This document shows, piece after piece, positions 17,921 to 28,779 of a stretch of DNA of 64,000 bases (within the stretch, counting starts at the first letter, position 1; every line of letters starts with the position of its first letter). The notes beneath the pieces were generated by a model. The model was not told the origin of the DNA. It did not search any database and was given only the letters and a program-made list of their open reading frames with translations. Source of the DNA: Vicinamibacteria bacterium (GTDB lineage Bacteria; Acidobacteriota; Vicinamibacteria; Marinacidobacterales; Marinacidobacteraceae); contig CAXXLQ010000004.1 of NCBI GenBank assembly GCA_963668695.2, forward strand, positions 3,424,001 to 3,488,000, written 5' to 3'. The position numbers and the translations under genes are program-made.

Positions 17921-20900
17921 CTATTCAGGCCCCGAAACGGCGATCGTCAACCCGTTCGAGAGCCACTTGCCGTTCGCCGTGCAGATGGCGCCCGAGGCAT
18001 CGCAGGCGCGGCCCGCCGGCAACACCAGTTCCACATCGGCGTCCGACTCCGGTTGCACATGGATATACCAACTCAGGTTCGACGGCGGCGACTGGCGCCC
18101 CGCGTTCGTTACCCGGCCCCCGGTCACCTGGAAGGCCGAGTCCCTCACCGTCACGTAACTCAGGGACACCTCTTCGCTGAAGTGAAGCTCGAAAATGAAG
18201 ACGCTGCTCCCGTCGTGCCCCGCCGGCACGCCCTCGACCCGGGCCGTGAGCGGCGTCGCCGGAGGCCCCTGAACGGTGATCGTCAGCCCACTCGAGAGCC
18301 GCGTGCCGTTCGCCGTGCAGATGGCGCCCGAGGCATCGCAGGCGCGGCCCGCCGGCAACACCAGTTCCACATCGGCGCCCGCATCCGGTTGCACATGGAT
18401 ATACCAACTCAGGTTCGACGGCGGCGACTGGCGCCCCGCGTTCGTTACCCGGCCCCCGGTCACCTCGAAGGCCGAGTCCCTCACCGTGACGTAACTCAGG
18501 GACACCTCTTCGCTGAAGTGAAGCTCGAAAATGAAGATGCTGCTCCCGTCGTGCCTCGCCGGCACTCCCTCGATCCACGCGGTGAGCGGCGTCGACCCCC
18601 GGACCGTGACCGCCACCTCGTCTTCGGCATACAACCCGGCCGCGTCCGTCACCCGCAGCGTGAACCGCAACGTCTCGTCCTGCGACAGATTCGCGGGCGC
18701 CGTGAAGCTCGTCGCCGCCGCCGACGCCGCCGAAAGGGTCACCGTCGTACCACCGGTCTGCGTCCATCCATACGTCAGGGTGTCGTCCGCGTCGGGATCC
18801 GTGCCAGTGCCGCTCAGAGCCACCGTCGCGCCGCCTTCGACGTCCTCCTGATCGGCGCCCGCGTCCGCCACCGGCGCCTCGTTCCGGGACCCCCGGACCG
18901 TGACCGCCACCTCGTCTTCGGCATACAACCCGGCCGCGTCCGTCACCCGCAGCGCGAACCGCAACGTCTCGTCCTGCGACAGATTCGCGGGCGCCGTGAA
19001 GCTCGTCGCCGCCGCCGCCGACGACGAAAGGGTCACCGTCGTACCACCGGTCTGCGTCCATCCATACGTCAGGGTGTCGTCCGCGTCGGGATCCGTGCCG
19101 GTGCCGCTCAGGGCCACCGTCGCGCCGCCTTCGACGTCCTCCTGATCGGCGGCCGCGTCCGTCACCGGCGCCTCGTTCCGGTTCGACAGCGTCACGCTGA
19201 TGTCCGCCGATGCGCTCCGCGCGCCGTCGCTTACCTGGACGGAAACCTCGTACGTTCCATCCCCGTTTGCATCATCCGGCGACTCGAAGTCCTTCGGCGC
19301 GCCGAAGACCAACGCACCCTCCGCGGTCATTTCAAAATGTGCGCCGTCCGGGCTGGTCCCGGAAGGGAGTGACCAGGACAACTCGGCGGTCGCCGCCTCC
19401 TCGCTCACGCTGAGCGTTGCCACGGCCGTCTCCCCCTCTTGTACCGAGAAGGGACCCGGGGTAATCTCCCAGCCGGCTCCCCGGAGCGTTGCACAGACCC
19501 GCGGCAGCATGGTCCACAAGTGCCCTTCGCCGAATCTCGCGGTAAAGGCGCCTTCTCCGTAGTAGGGCTGAGCGGCGGCGATGGCGGCAAGGGAGGCCCG
19601 GCCTCCATAGCCGAAGTGCAGGCGGTACAACTGGATCAACTCATCCTCCGCCGTCGCCTCCCCCACCGGGTACACCAGGTGGTCCTCCGCCCTGCGGGCA
19701 CCCCCCCTCTCGCCGTCCCGAAGATCCGCGTTGGAGACGCTGCGATACAGCCGCCTGACGGCCGCATGGGTCTCCCAGAGATCATGGACAATGAGGAAGA
19801 CGAGGATTTCTCCAAAATGCGCATCCTGGTAGTTGTAATTCGGGTAGGTGGCACCGCTGAGCCAGGATCCCACCGCGCTGCCGACCGACCGCAACTCGTT
19901 GGCGAAGACACCGATCGTATGGTCGTGGGCATCCATGAAACTCCTCTGAGCATCTCCGCCTGCATCACTTGAGCACACGGTGTTCTCGGCGAATTCGGCG
20001 TAGTCCTCTCGCGCCTTCAATCGCTCGAACAGCACCTCCGCGTGGCGCAGCGCCAGCACCAGGCTGGCTTCCTCTACCGGCCCCGTGTAGGGGTGGGCCG
20101 GGGAGCTTTCCTCGAAGTACCTCTTGTAGCCGTAGTAGAAAACCGAGGCCGAGAAGTCGAGCGGGGTGATCCTCGGGTTGTTCGAATAGGCGGCCCGGTA
20201 GTTGTTCTCCGCGTTGGCGAGCAGTTCGTCCGGCTCATAGGATCCCTCGGTCCCGCCCCACCTGAAGTAGCCGCCCCAGAGCGGTTTGCTCAGGGAGCCA
20301 TGGCAGGACTGGCATACCGCCGGCTGCGCAATCTCCGGGGTGGGGTTCGAAAAATCGATTTCACCGGCAATCCACGTCCGGTCGTCCGCCTGCTGCAGGA
20401 ACTCGACGGACTCTCCAAAGGGATGCGGCGTATCCGGATTCGTGGGCCACGAAAAGACGAACCTGCCGTCCGCACCCCAGGCGATGATCCTGGGATGCTC
20501 TTCGGTGATGGCTTCCGGAGCCAACGCCTCCGATCGGTACACCATGACGAAACGTTCCTGGTGCAGGGCGGGGAGGGCGTTGATGAACTCCTCTACGCTG
20601 GTGATGGAGTGCCGATCCAGGAAGCGCAGGAGCCGCGCGTGCGGTCCGGAATTGTCCGGCGGGTCGCCGCTCGCCTGGAAGCCGTCCAATCGCGACAGCT
20701 CGTCGAACAGGCCTTCGGGAAGCGACGTAAAGCGGTTGTCATCAAGGCTCAAATCTTCGAGGAGGAACAGTTGATCGAAGATGCCCACCGGGAGTCCTTC
20801 CAGCAGGTTTCCGTCCAGACGAAGGATCTCCAGCAGGTACAGTTCATCGAATACTCCCCGCGGAAGCGAAGTAAGCAGGTTGTGGGACAGATCGAGAGAC

Positions 20901-21142
20901 TTGAGGCGAACGAGACCGTCGAAGTCATCCGCGCGCAGGGTCGCGATGTCCTGATCGCCGAGATCCAATGCGGTGATCTCCCGCATGTCGCGCACGGTGA
21001 GTTGCGCGCAGTTGTCGCCGCCGCTCGCCGCCACGATCGCATCCCGTACCTGAACCGTGCGGTCGCACACGTTGACGCTCTGGGCCGCCGCCTCGCGCGC
21101 CGCGGGTCCCCAAAGAAGACCCGCGCCCAACCCCACCCACAT
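17921..21142 (-). CDS. Large secreted protein: LRR + CxxCH domain + cadherin + 2x PKD-like + 2x C-terminal repeat
   Basis: VCDRT..VRDAI cap, 24-aa LRRs, CQSCH, DFESP.D.NGDG.YEV cadherin motif and NEAPVADAGADQ repeats. Start uncertain (21142 or 21268). Confidence 0.85.
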   Translation of the reverse strand: MWVGLGAGLLWGPAAREAAAQSVNVCDRTVQVRDAIVAASGGDNCAQLTVRDMREITALDLGDQDIATLRADDFDGLVRLKSLDLSHNLLTSLPRGVFDELYLLEILRLDGNLLEGLPVGIFDQLFLLEDLSLDDNRFTSLPEGLFDELSRLDGFQASGDPPDNSGPHARLLRFLDRHSITSVEEFINALPALHQERFVMVYRSEALAPEAITEEHPRIIAWGADGRFVFSWPTNPDTPHPFGESVEFLQQADDRTWIAGEIDFSNPTPEIAQPAVCQSCHGSLSKPLWGGYFRWGGTEGSYEPDELLANAENNYRAAYSNNPRITPLDFSASVFYYGYKRYFEESSPAHPYTGPVEEASLVLALRHAEVLFERLKAREDYAEFAENTVCSSDAGGDAQRSFMDAHDHTIGVFANELRSVGSAVGSWLSGATYPNYNYQDAHFGEILVFLIVHDLWETHAAVRRLYRSVSNADLRDGERGGARRAEDHLVYPVGEATAEDELIQLYRLHFGYGGRASLAAIAAAQPYYGEGAFTARFGEGHLWTMLPRVCATLRGAGWEITPGPFSVQEGETAVATLSVSEEAATAELSWSLPSGTSPDGAHFEMTAEGALVFGAPKDFESPDDANGDGTYEVSVQVSDGARSASADISVTLSNRNEAPVTDAAADQEDVEGGATVALSGTGTDPDADDTLTYGWTQTGGTTVTLSSSAAAATSFTAPANLSQDETLRFALRVTDAAGLYAEDEVAVTVRGSRNEAPVADAGADQEDVEGGATVALSGTGTDPDADDTLTYGWTQTGGTTVTLSAASAAATSFTAPANLSQDETLRFTLRVTDAAGLYAEDEVAVTVRGSTPLTAWIEGVPARHDGSSIFIFELHFSEEVSLSYVTVRDSAFEVTGGRVTNAGRQSPPSNLSWYIHVQPDAGADVELVLPAGRACDASGAICTANGTRLSSGLTITVQGPPATPLTARVEGVPAGHDGSSVFIFELHFSEEVSLSYVTVRDSAFQVTGGRVTNAGRQSPPSNLSWYIHVQPESDADVELVLPAGRACDASGAICTANGKWLSNGLTIAVSGPE
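17935..18594. repeat. Intragenic tandem duplication, 336-bp period (2 copies)
   Basis: 17935-18258 is near-identical to 18271-18594. Confidence 0.9.
18594..19181. repeat. Intragenic tandem duplication, 294-bp period (2 copies)
   Basis: 18594-18887 is near-identical to 18888-19181. Confidence 0.9.
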
Positions 21143-21561
21143 GGGGACTGCCGGCAAGGCCTTCGAGAGCCCTTCAAACCAGCTTGAAAGGCCAGGGTAA
21201 CAACTTGCGAGTGACAGTTGTAACGTCGTGATTTTTGGCGTCTTGCACTTCGCATACCCATATCGCATGAGGTACTAGTAGTCGTAACCGGCATCTCGCG
21301 CAACTCAAATCCCGTCTTGGGATACACGGATCACGGAAGTCGGAGCTGGGGACGGCCGCAGTGGAAAGCGTTCCGCGCTTCTCGGTCCACGGGTTCGGGA
21401 ACATTTCCGGGAGGCGGACCGGCAATCTTCGGCCACCGGTCCAGGGTGCCAGACGGACCGAGACCCCGCCCGGAAGACGTCAGGAAGACGTCAGGACCTC
21501 ACCCCCAAGCGGCTCGAGCCGCCGAGAAAGCGAGGATCCAACCGCCGCGCGCGCGTCCGGC

Positions 21562-24500
21562 CTATCGCTCGCTCCCGTCGGGAGCGACGGGGCGTATCTC
21601 GGACAGCAAGTGGCCGCGCACCACGACGCCGTACGAGGGGCCGTGAAACACGTACCGGCTCCGGTCGGCCTGCAGGCTCAGCATCCAGCGCGAGCCGACC
21701 TTCATCCGGCTGCCGAGGCGGAAGCTCTTCGTACCTGATGGCGAATAGACGAACCCACCGAACGGAATCACCATCGCGCCGCCCCTCAGGGTTTCGAAGC
21801 CGTACCCGATTTCCGCCTCGTGGCGGCCCCGGACCGCGCCCGGGAAATAGTCCCCGGCCCCGGTATCGGACCAGAGGCGCTGGACGGTGCTCGCGGCCGC
21901 GCCGTGCGCGGAGTTCACCTGGACGGCCAATCCCAGGTAATCGGGCCCCGGGTCGAGGCGAACGGACCCGCCGATCCCCCACTCCCGATAGCGGTCGTCC
22001 TGGTGGGACACCAGGGAACGGCCCGTCACCTCCATGAACAACCCGCGGTCGCGGTTGCGGTACCGGAGCCCGGACGCAACTTCGAGACCCCGTCCGGATT
22101 CGGCGTCGCCTTCGTCCTGGCGGAAGCCCGCCTCGACCAGTGGGGAGAAGTCTCCGCCCCAGATGGAGGCGAGCCGGAAGGAACCTTCCACCATCAGCCG
22201 CGTTCTCTGGGCTTCGGCGATGGAACCCCGGCGGACGTCCGTCGGGTCGGACTCCAGTTCGACCCAGAAGATGTCGGACTTCACCGCCAGACCGAGCCCC
22301 GGAAGGAGAACCGGTAGATCGCCGCGCCCCCCGAAGGCCCACATCCGCATGTGCAGGTCCGTATCCTGTTCGCTCCCCGAGATGCGGAGCGTGCCCGAGC
22401 CGATGCCTCCGAGGCCCCAGACCCGGAGCCACTCGGCCAGCGAAACGTGCAGGTAGGGATGGGCGCTGCCCAAAACGCTCCAGATCTTCCCCATCCGCTC
22501 CGACTGGACCTCCGTGCCGGCAACGTGGAAGTCGCCGGTCCCCACACTTCCGGCAAGTGCGAGTCCGGCAGTCAGCGCACCGCTCTGGACATCGAATCCG
22601 GTCGTTACGTTGAACACCTCACCGCTCAGGCCCACTCCCGGATCGAGGCCGTCGAACTCCGTATACGAACCCCGGCCCCAGGCGGTCCAGCGTCCAGTGA
22701 AACCACCGTCTGGCGGTTGCTCTTCCTCGCTCTGGTACACGAACGACGCCCCGGAGAGGATCCGTCCCGCGTCGAACCCGAGGGACGCGTGTTCAGCGCT
22801 GCCGGGAGACGCCTCCATCCAATTGGGCATCCCCCGGCGGTAGCGCTCGGCACCGCCGAACGCGAGACTCGAGCGGAGGGGATCGGATCCCAGGAGGAAA
22901 TGGGAGCCCGGACCATCCATGTTCGCGAAGCGGTCTCCCACGGCATCCACGACCTGGCTCGCCACCGTGCGGCCGAAGCGGGAGACCCAGGCGTCGGCCA
23001 CGATGGCGTTGTCGTCGTCGTCGACGATCACGGCCGTCGCCTCGACGGCCGGCCAGGTGGGTTCGCGCGGATTCGTCAGGCTGAGCCGGAAGTCCTCGTC
23101 CACCTCGTCCATGGTGTCGTTCACGATCTTGATCGCGAGGGTGTCCCGGGTCTCACCGGGCTCGAAGGTCAGGGTTCCGGTCCGTCCGTCGTAGTCCGAA
23201 CCGGCCGTCGCCGTCCCGTCCACCGTCCGGTAGTCCCAGGTGATCCGCTTCGCGGAAATGGTGTCGAGCGTCACCACGAACTCCATGCCGCCGGACCGCT
23301 CGGCCACCGTGACGTCCGGCACCAGCGGCTGGGGCTCGGCGTCGTCGTCCTCGATCGTCCCGATGGCGAGGAGGTCTCCCGCCACCGCGTAGCGGGGCCG
23401 GCTCAGCACCATTTCGACGGTCTCGTGCTCCTCGTCAAGCGAGTCGTCGACGATCGTCACCCAGATCGTCTCCCCGGCGCTCCCCGGCGGGATCGTCAGC
23501 GTTCCCGACGCGGGCCGGTAGTCGGTGTCCGCCGTAGCGGATACTCCCCGCGTCGCGTAGTCCACGCTGACCGTCCGCCCGCTGTCGGAGGCCAGGAAGA
23601 CCAGGAAACCGAGGCGGCCGTCGCCCTCCGGAGCGCTGGCGTCACCGATCAGGAGCGCAGGTTCGTCGTCGTCGTCGTCGATCGTCCCGATCGCCGCGGT
23701 TCGGGCAAGTCCGGCTCCCTCCGCCTCGCTGAACTCGATGGCGAAGGTTTCGTCATGCTCGTCGAGCCGATCGGTCAGGAGAGCCACTTCGATCTTTCCC
23801 GACCGCGCGCCGGCCGGAATCGTCAGGGTGCCGCTGGACGCCGTGTAGTCGGCTCCGGCGGTCGCGGTGCGGTCCGCGGTCCTCCAGCGCACGCTCACGG
23901 CGCTGGTGCTGACACCGGACAGGTCCACCGTGAACACCATGCGGCCGGCGCCCTCGGCTGCGCGGGCATTGCGGGGCAGCAACTCCAGGCCGCCGCCGCC
24001 CGCGGAGCGGGTTCCGGCGGTGCCGCCGCCGCCGCCGCCGCCGCCGCCACCGCCGCCGCCACCGCCACCGCCGCCGCCACCGCCGCCACCGCCGCCACCA
24101 TCGCTGGCCGCGATGGTGATGGTCGCGGGATCCACGGGGAGCGCCGGACTTGATGTCTGATCGATCCCCTGAACCTCCAGGGTTTCGGCGGGTTCGGCAT
24201 CGGCGTCGTCCACTACGGTCAGAGTGAAGGTCGCGGCGCCGGACAGCGAGTTAGCGAAAATCGTCAGGGTCGTGACCCCCGACACGGTGTAGTCGTCGTC
24301 CACCTTCGCCGTCCGTTCCACGACCGACAGAGCCACCGTGGTCGGAGAGGTGAGGGCGGCGCCTCCGGTGAATGTCGCCGTGACCTCCACCGCCTGCGAT
24401 CCCGCGCTCTCGCTGAACTGCGAAGGCTGAACGGTGAGGTCGATTCCGGTCGGCGGACCGTCGTCGTCCACGATGGTGACCGTGAACGAAGCGGGAGAGA

Positions 24501-25797
24501 GCGGCAGACCGGAACTCGATGCCCTCACAATCACGGTCTCGTCGGGATCCTCGTCCATCGTGTCGTTCACGGGAGTAATGGTCACCCTCGCGGTAGCGCT
24601 CGTCTGCGACGCGCCGATGGTCAGGGAAGCCCCGGAAGCGGTGTAGTCCGCACTCGTCGCCGTCCCATTCTCCACCGAGAGGTTCACGGTCGTCGCCTGC
24701 CCAAGAAGCGGCGCGCCATTCAGCGTCGCCTTGACCGTTAACTGCTGTTGCCCGCCTCCCTCGCGGACGGAGTCCGGGTCGATGGACAGGTTGACCGCGG
24801 TCGATTCGCGGTCATTGTCCGTGACCCTCACCGTAACGAGGGTCGATCGCGACCCCGTTGTACCCGCCGCCGCTCGCGCTGTGGGTCAGGGTTACGGCGT
24901 CGTCCGGCATCGGCGTCCGGATCTTCGCCAGCCTCCACGGTCACCGGCTGCGGGACAGTCCAGTTCTCGGTCGTGAAGGTCAGGCTCCGCTTGTTGGCGG
25001 TGACGTCCCCCGACTGCCCCGAAACACTGATCATCACGGTCCCGGTCCGGCCGGCTGTTGAGCACCACGTCGTAAGTGTCGCTACCCCCCTCGTCCACGG
25101 TCAGCGCGGTGGGTGACACCCTCACCCCCGGGTCATTCGAGGACTCTCCCGATCTCTGATCGAAATCGCACAGTGGATTCCGTTGCCCTCCCCCCGGATC
25201 ATCGTCCAGGATACAGAGATGCGCAGGTTCCGGATCCCCGTCTGCGCACACGGTTGTGCCATCGCAGATATTCGGGTCCGTCAACTGGAACGATTCCACC
25301 GTGAACGTCTCATCCGGCTCCGCCGTCGCGTCATCCATCGTGTCCACGCCGCACTGGGCGCTGCCGCTCCCGGGCTCAAACACGTGGGTGGCGGAGTTAA
25401 CCGCCGTGTAGTCCTGACCGGCGGTGGCCGTCGCATCCCTGGTCCTCCAACCAATCGCCACGGACTCCTCGCAGTGGACGGACAAGGTCATGCTGAAGAG
25501 GTTCGGCCCCCGTCCGCCACCTTGTTCGGACCTGGACGACGGGGCGACATACACCCGGAGCGGATTGAAATCGAAGTAAACCCGGTCGTCGTCGTCCCAG
25601 TTGTCCGGGTTGCAGGCTCGCCGCTCGCTCACGTCCACCGGCCCAAGGGTGTCGCTCGCCAGGCACGCGCCGTGTGTGAATCTCGAGTCGTTTTGCGCCG
25701 CCGCCGGTGCGGCGAGCAGGGCGAGCCCGAGCGTCACCAAGGTCCCGGCGGCGAGGCCGGGCGGCGCCGGTCGACGGCCGCCCTTCACGATGCCCAT
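21562..25797 (-). CDS. Giant Calx-beta repeat surface protein with autotransporter-like beta-barrel (three apparent +1 frameshifts near 25047, 24904, 24841)
   Basis: Signal peptide, Calx-beta motifs (TATAG.DY...SGTL, I.DDD), poly-Gly linker and a C-terminal W..RFGRTVA/WGRG barrel region. The frames join into one coherent domain across the shifts. Confidence 0.8.
24022..24099 (-). repeat. GGC/GGT trinucleotide tract encoding 26 Gly
   Basis: 78 bp of GCC/ACC triplets on the + strand. Confidence 0.95.
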
Positions 25798-26141
25798 CTG
25801 TCCCCGCAATCACCGGTATCGCAGCCGATGGCCACGTGGAGCGCCGCGCAGACCTTCTCAAGCTCCTCGTCCCCAAGACGGCCGACGGCCTCGCCCAGCC
25901 GGAAGCGCGAAACGGTCATCACCGCGTCCATGTTCACTGCGCCCGGGGCTTCAAGCCCGAAATCCTTGCCAAGCGTCACTTCCGAGGGCAATCCCCGGAT
26001 GACGGTCGTGACCGGCGCGACCATGATGCCGCGCAGGAAGGGAATCGCTCCGTTCCGCGCCAGCACCACGACCAACCGTCCCGCGTCGCCCCCGTCGGCG
26101 GGGTAGGAGCGCACGTCGCCGCGGCGGATGCGCCGCATCAC
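25785..26141 (-). CDS. MazF/PemK-family toxin
   Basis: RGDV, R.VVVL, VAPVTT.IRGLPSEV.L...GL and VG.L...L..VC.AL..AIGC motifs. Confidence 0.9.
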   Translation of the reverse strand: MMRRIRRGDVRSYPADGGDAGRLVVVLARNGAIPFLRGIMVAPVTTVIRGLPSEVTLGKDFGLEAPGAVNMDAVMTVSRFRLGEAVGRLGDEELEKVCAALHVAIGCDTGDCGDRWAS

Positions 26142-26389
26142 TTCCTGCCCTCGGGCGGCTCGGACGGCCAGTCACCGTCCTCTTCCCACTCCGCCCACTC
26201 GGGATCCGCACCGCCGTTGTCGCCGTAGGCCCGCGCGTACTGCTCGTCAATCCGGCGCTCCCGCTCGCGGCGGAGGTATTCACGCGCCAACTGGCGCAGC
26301 AGCGCCGAACGACCGATCGCTTTCACCTTGTCGTCGGCGTCCAGATCGTTGAGCAGGTCTTCCTCGAAGGTGATCTGTATGGCCTTCAT
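26138..26389 (-). CDS. Ribbon-helix-helix antitoxin
   Basis: MKAIQIT.EE.LL..LD...RSAL.R...REYL with an acidic C-terminus. Overlaps the toxin start. Confidence 0.88.
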   Translation of the reverse strand: MKAIQITFEEDLLNDLDADDKVKAIGRSALLRQLAREYLRRERERRIDEQYARAYGDNGGADPEWAEWEEDGDWPSEPPEGRK

Positions 26390-26420
26390 CCAGCCAACCT
26401 ATCACATCGATTATCCAGTG

Positions 26421-26437
26421 TTCAAGTGATACTTGAA
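26421..26437. promoter_or_regulatory. Probable operator of the mazEF-like operon
   Basis: Inverted repeat TTCAAGT-GAT-ACTTGAA overlapping a TTCAAG-N16-GATAAT promoter-like sequence on the minus strand. Confidence 0.55.
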
Positions 26438-26932
26438 TCCATATCCGTGACCTATCTGCGCACCTGTCTGCGCAATGGATACAGAGAACGACACCGGGGA
26501 TCACCATGACACTCGGCCAGGGCCTTCCCGTGTCAAGAAGGACGGCGTCCGGCAACGCCCTCAGTGCGCAGTCCGGAGGCGGCTCGGTCGCGAGCGGACA
26601 GCGACGGGCTCACCCTGCGATCAACTTCGGTTCGTGGGATCCAGGGTCCCGGATCATCCCGGGCGACAGCAGACCGGAAGGTGATTCCGCGAAGCACCCC
26701 CACGCGACGGCTCCCGCCTTCATCTGGGGAAGAGTGTCCGCAGGTGTTTCACTTTCGACGCTCAACACAAATCTCACACCCGAAGGCACACGCTATGGCG
26801 CACATCCTCCGGCGAACGGGCCAGGTCCCAAGACGCACCAAAGGCCTGACCCCTGGTCGAGGACTCCCACCCCAGCAGAACAGGACACGGCGCCGGGGCC
26901 GGGCGGGTGGCTACCCGGCCGGCGCGCCTGCG

Positions 26933-27430
26933 CTAGCCGAGAGCCGCCTGCAGGTGCATTTTGCCGAAGTGGATCGTCAGTACCGGCTTGCCGACGAAGT
27001 CCCCGCTTCCGGCGGTGATGTCGATCAACATGTGGTCGGCGGTCCCCATCTGGTCGGAGAAGCGGGAGTCCAGCTTCATGACCTTGCTCATGTCGGGCAT
27101 CTCGCCCCGGGGGATCCGGCCCTCGTGGAGCGCCATCGTCCAGGAACCGTCGTCGCCCATGAGAACCCCGATGGTGTATTCGCCGGCGGCGATCGTCATG
27201 TCGCCCGCCATGACATCGGCGGAAACGTTCAAGCGCGGGCCCCGGGGGCTGACGAAAGTGCCTGCCTCGATGGCCGTCACGTGGTCCATGTTGGCGTCGG
27301 TGGAGTTGTAGGACACCGACACCTCCACCTCGCCAATGGTGGTGGACACGGTCTTGTTGAAATGGGGATGGGCGAAGGCCAACGCGGAAACGGCGAGGGC
27401 AGCAAGCGTCCAGGAAGCGATACGGATCAT
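26933..27430 (-). CDS. Secreted DUF2911-like protein
   Basis: Signal peptide, TIG..EV.V.Y and I.AGEYT.....WT patterns. GAGAAGAGG RBS. Confidence 0.6.
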   Translation of the reverse strand: MIRIASWTLAALAVSALAFAHPHFNKTVSTTIGEVEVSVSYNSTDANMDHVTAIEAGTFVSPRGPRLNVSADVMAGDMTIAAGEYTIGVLMGDDGSWTMALHEGRIPRGEMPDMSKVMKLDSRFSDQMGTADHMLIDITAGSGDFVGKPVLTIHFGKMHLQAALG

Positions 27431-27561
27431 GATCCTCTTCTCCAATATGGGAAAACGGGTCGCCGATGCGGCCCGGATGTGGAGCCGACATTCTAGGGCA
27501 CGGCGTCTGCCGGGAGCAGGCCCCACCGGGAGCCTCCCGGCCTAGCTACCGGTCCTGTCGC

Positions 27562-28779
27562 TCAGGCGGCGCGGGGGAAGTCCCGGCGCCACTCCCGTGC
27601 GACCTCGACGACCTGGTCCACATCCGCCTCGTTGTTGTGGATGAAGCAGCTGAAGCGAAGTACCGCGCGCCGCACCGAGAAGACCACCCCGGCGGCCACC
27701 AGGCGTGCCCGCAGCGCTTCGAGGGCCGGATCGCTCACCTTTCGCTCACCCTGGCGACCAAGGGTCCCCACCGTAACGATGTGCGAAATCTCGGGCACCG
27801 GAGAACCGCTGGTCAGCGGCAACCCCAACTCGTGGAGCCCGCGCGCGAGGCGTTGCGAAAGCTCCAAGGAGCGCCGCTCGATCGCGGCGGCGCCGAACTC
27901 CTCGAGCATGGCGAGCGCGGCATCAATGGCCACCGCACCGAGATAGTTGTAGTTGCCGAGATCAAAGCGCCGGGCGCCCGGCGCGTAGGGGATGTCGGCA
28001 CCCGGCAACGAGGTCTCGGTGGCCTTGCTGGCGTCGAAGACCACTCCGTGGCGGCCGAGGGCAGCCGGTTTGAGCGCTTCAGCTACTCCCCGCCGGCAGT
28101 AGAGGAATCCGGTGCCATAGAACGCGGAGAGCGCCTTCTGGGTGGCCACCGCGAGCACGTCGGCGCCCATCCGGTCCACGTCGGTCTTGAGCACGCCGAC
28201 CGATTGGGCCGCATCAACGACCAGGAACGCTCCGTGTCGGTCGCGGGCCTCCTTGAGGGGCTCCAGATTTGCGATGAATCCCGGGGAATACGACACCTTG
28301 GCCGCCGCGATGACCCGGGTGCGCGGTCCGACCGCCTCCGCCATCCGGACCGACGGCAGCCGTCCACCTTCCGCCGGCACCGCCTTGAGCCGCACTCCCC
28401 GGCGGAGCGCCAGGTTCCGCCAGGGCAGCACGTTCGCCGGATGCTCGAGGTCCGGGCAATAGACCACCTCGTCGCCGTCCCCCCAGTCGAGCGAGCCGAG
28501 AAAGAGGTTGATGCCATCGGTGACGTTCCGGGTCCAGGCGACCTCGTCGGGGTGGGCCCCGATCCAGTGAGCGAACCGGGAGCGGCCCCGCTCCACGGTA
28601 TTGAATAGTTCATCCTTGTTGGGTCCCCCCTCCATCGCACCGTCCAGGTACCAGTCGCAGACTTCGCGCACCGGGCGAGCGAGCAGGTTGCGCACCGCCA
28701 CGTCCAGATAGGGGCGAAGCGGAGCGCCCGGATAGAGGGCGCGCGCAGCCCGGATGGATTCGTTGTCAGGAAGGGACAC
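27562..28779 (-). CDS. Class V PLP-dependent aminotransferase / cysteine desulfurase-like
   Basis: N.TDGIN, LEHPAN..PW, VDAAQS.G and QKAL (PLP Lys). Confidence 0.9.
   Translation of the reverse strand: MSLPDNESIRAARALYPGAPLRPYLDVAVRNLLARPVREVCDWYLDGAMEGGPNKDELFNTVERGRSRFAHWIGAHPDEVAWTRNVTDGINLFLGSLDWGDGDEVVYCPDLEHPANVLPWRNLALRRGVRLKAVPAEGGRLPSVRMAEAVGPRTRVIAAAKVSYSPGFIANLEPLKEARDRHGAFLVVDAAQSVGVLKTDVDRMGADVLAVATQKALSAFYGTGFLYCRRGVAEALKPAALGRHGVVFDASKATETSLPGADIPYAPGARRFDLGNYNYLGAVAIDAALAMLEEFGAAAIERRSLELSQRLARGLHELGLPLTSGSPVPEISHIVTVGTLGRQGERKVSDPALEALRARLVAAGVVFSVRRAVLRFSCFIHNNEADVDQVVEVAREWRRDFPRAA

Noticed and set aside
26560-26780. Known ncRNA (SRP, RNase P, tmRNA)
   Set aside because: CCGGAAGG is present but the surrounding SRP helix and other signature motifs are absent.
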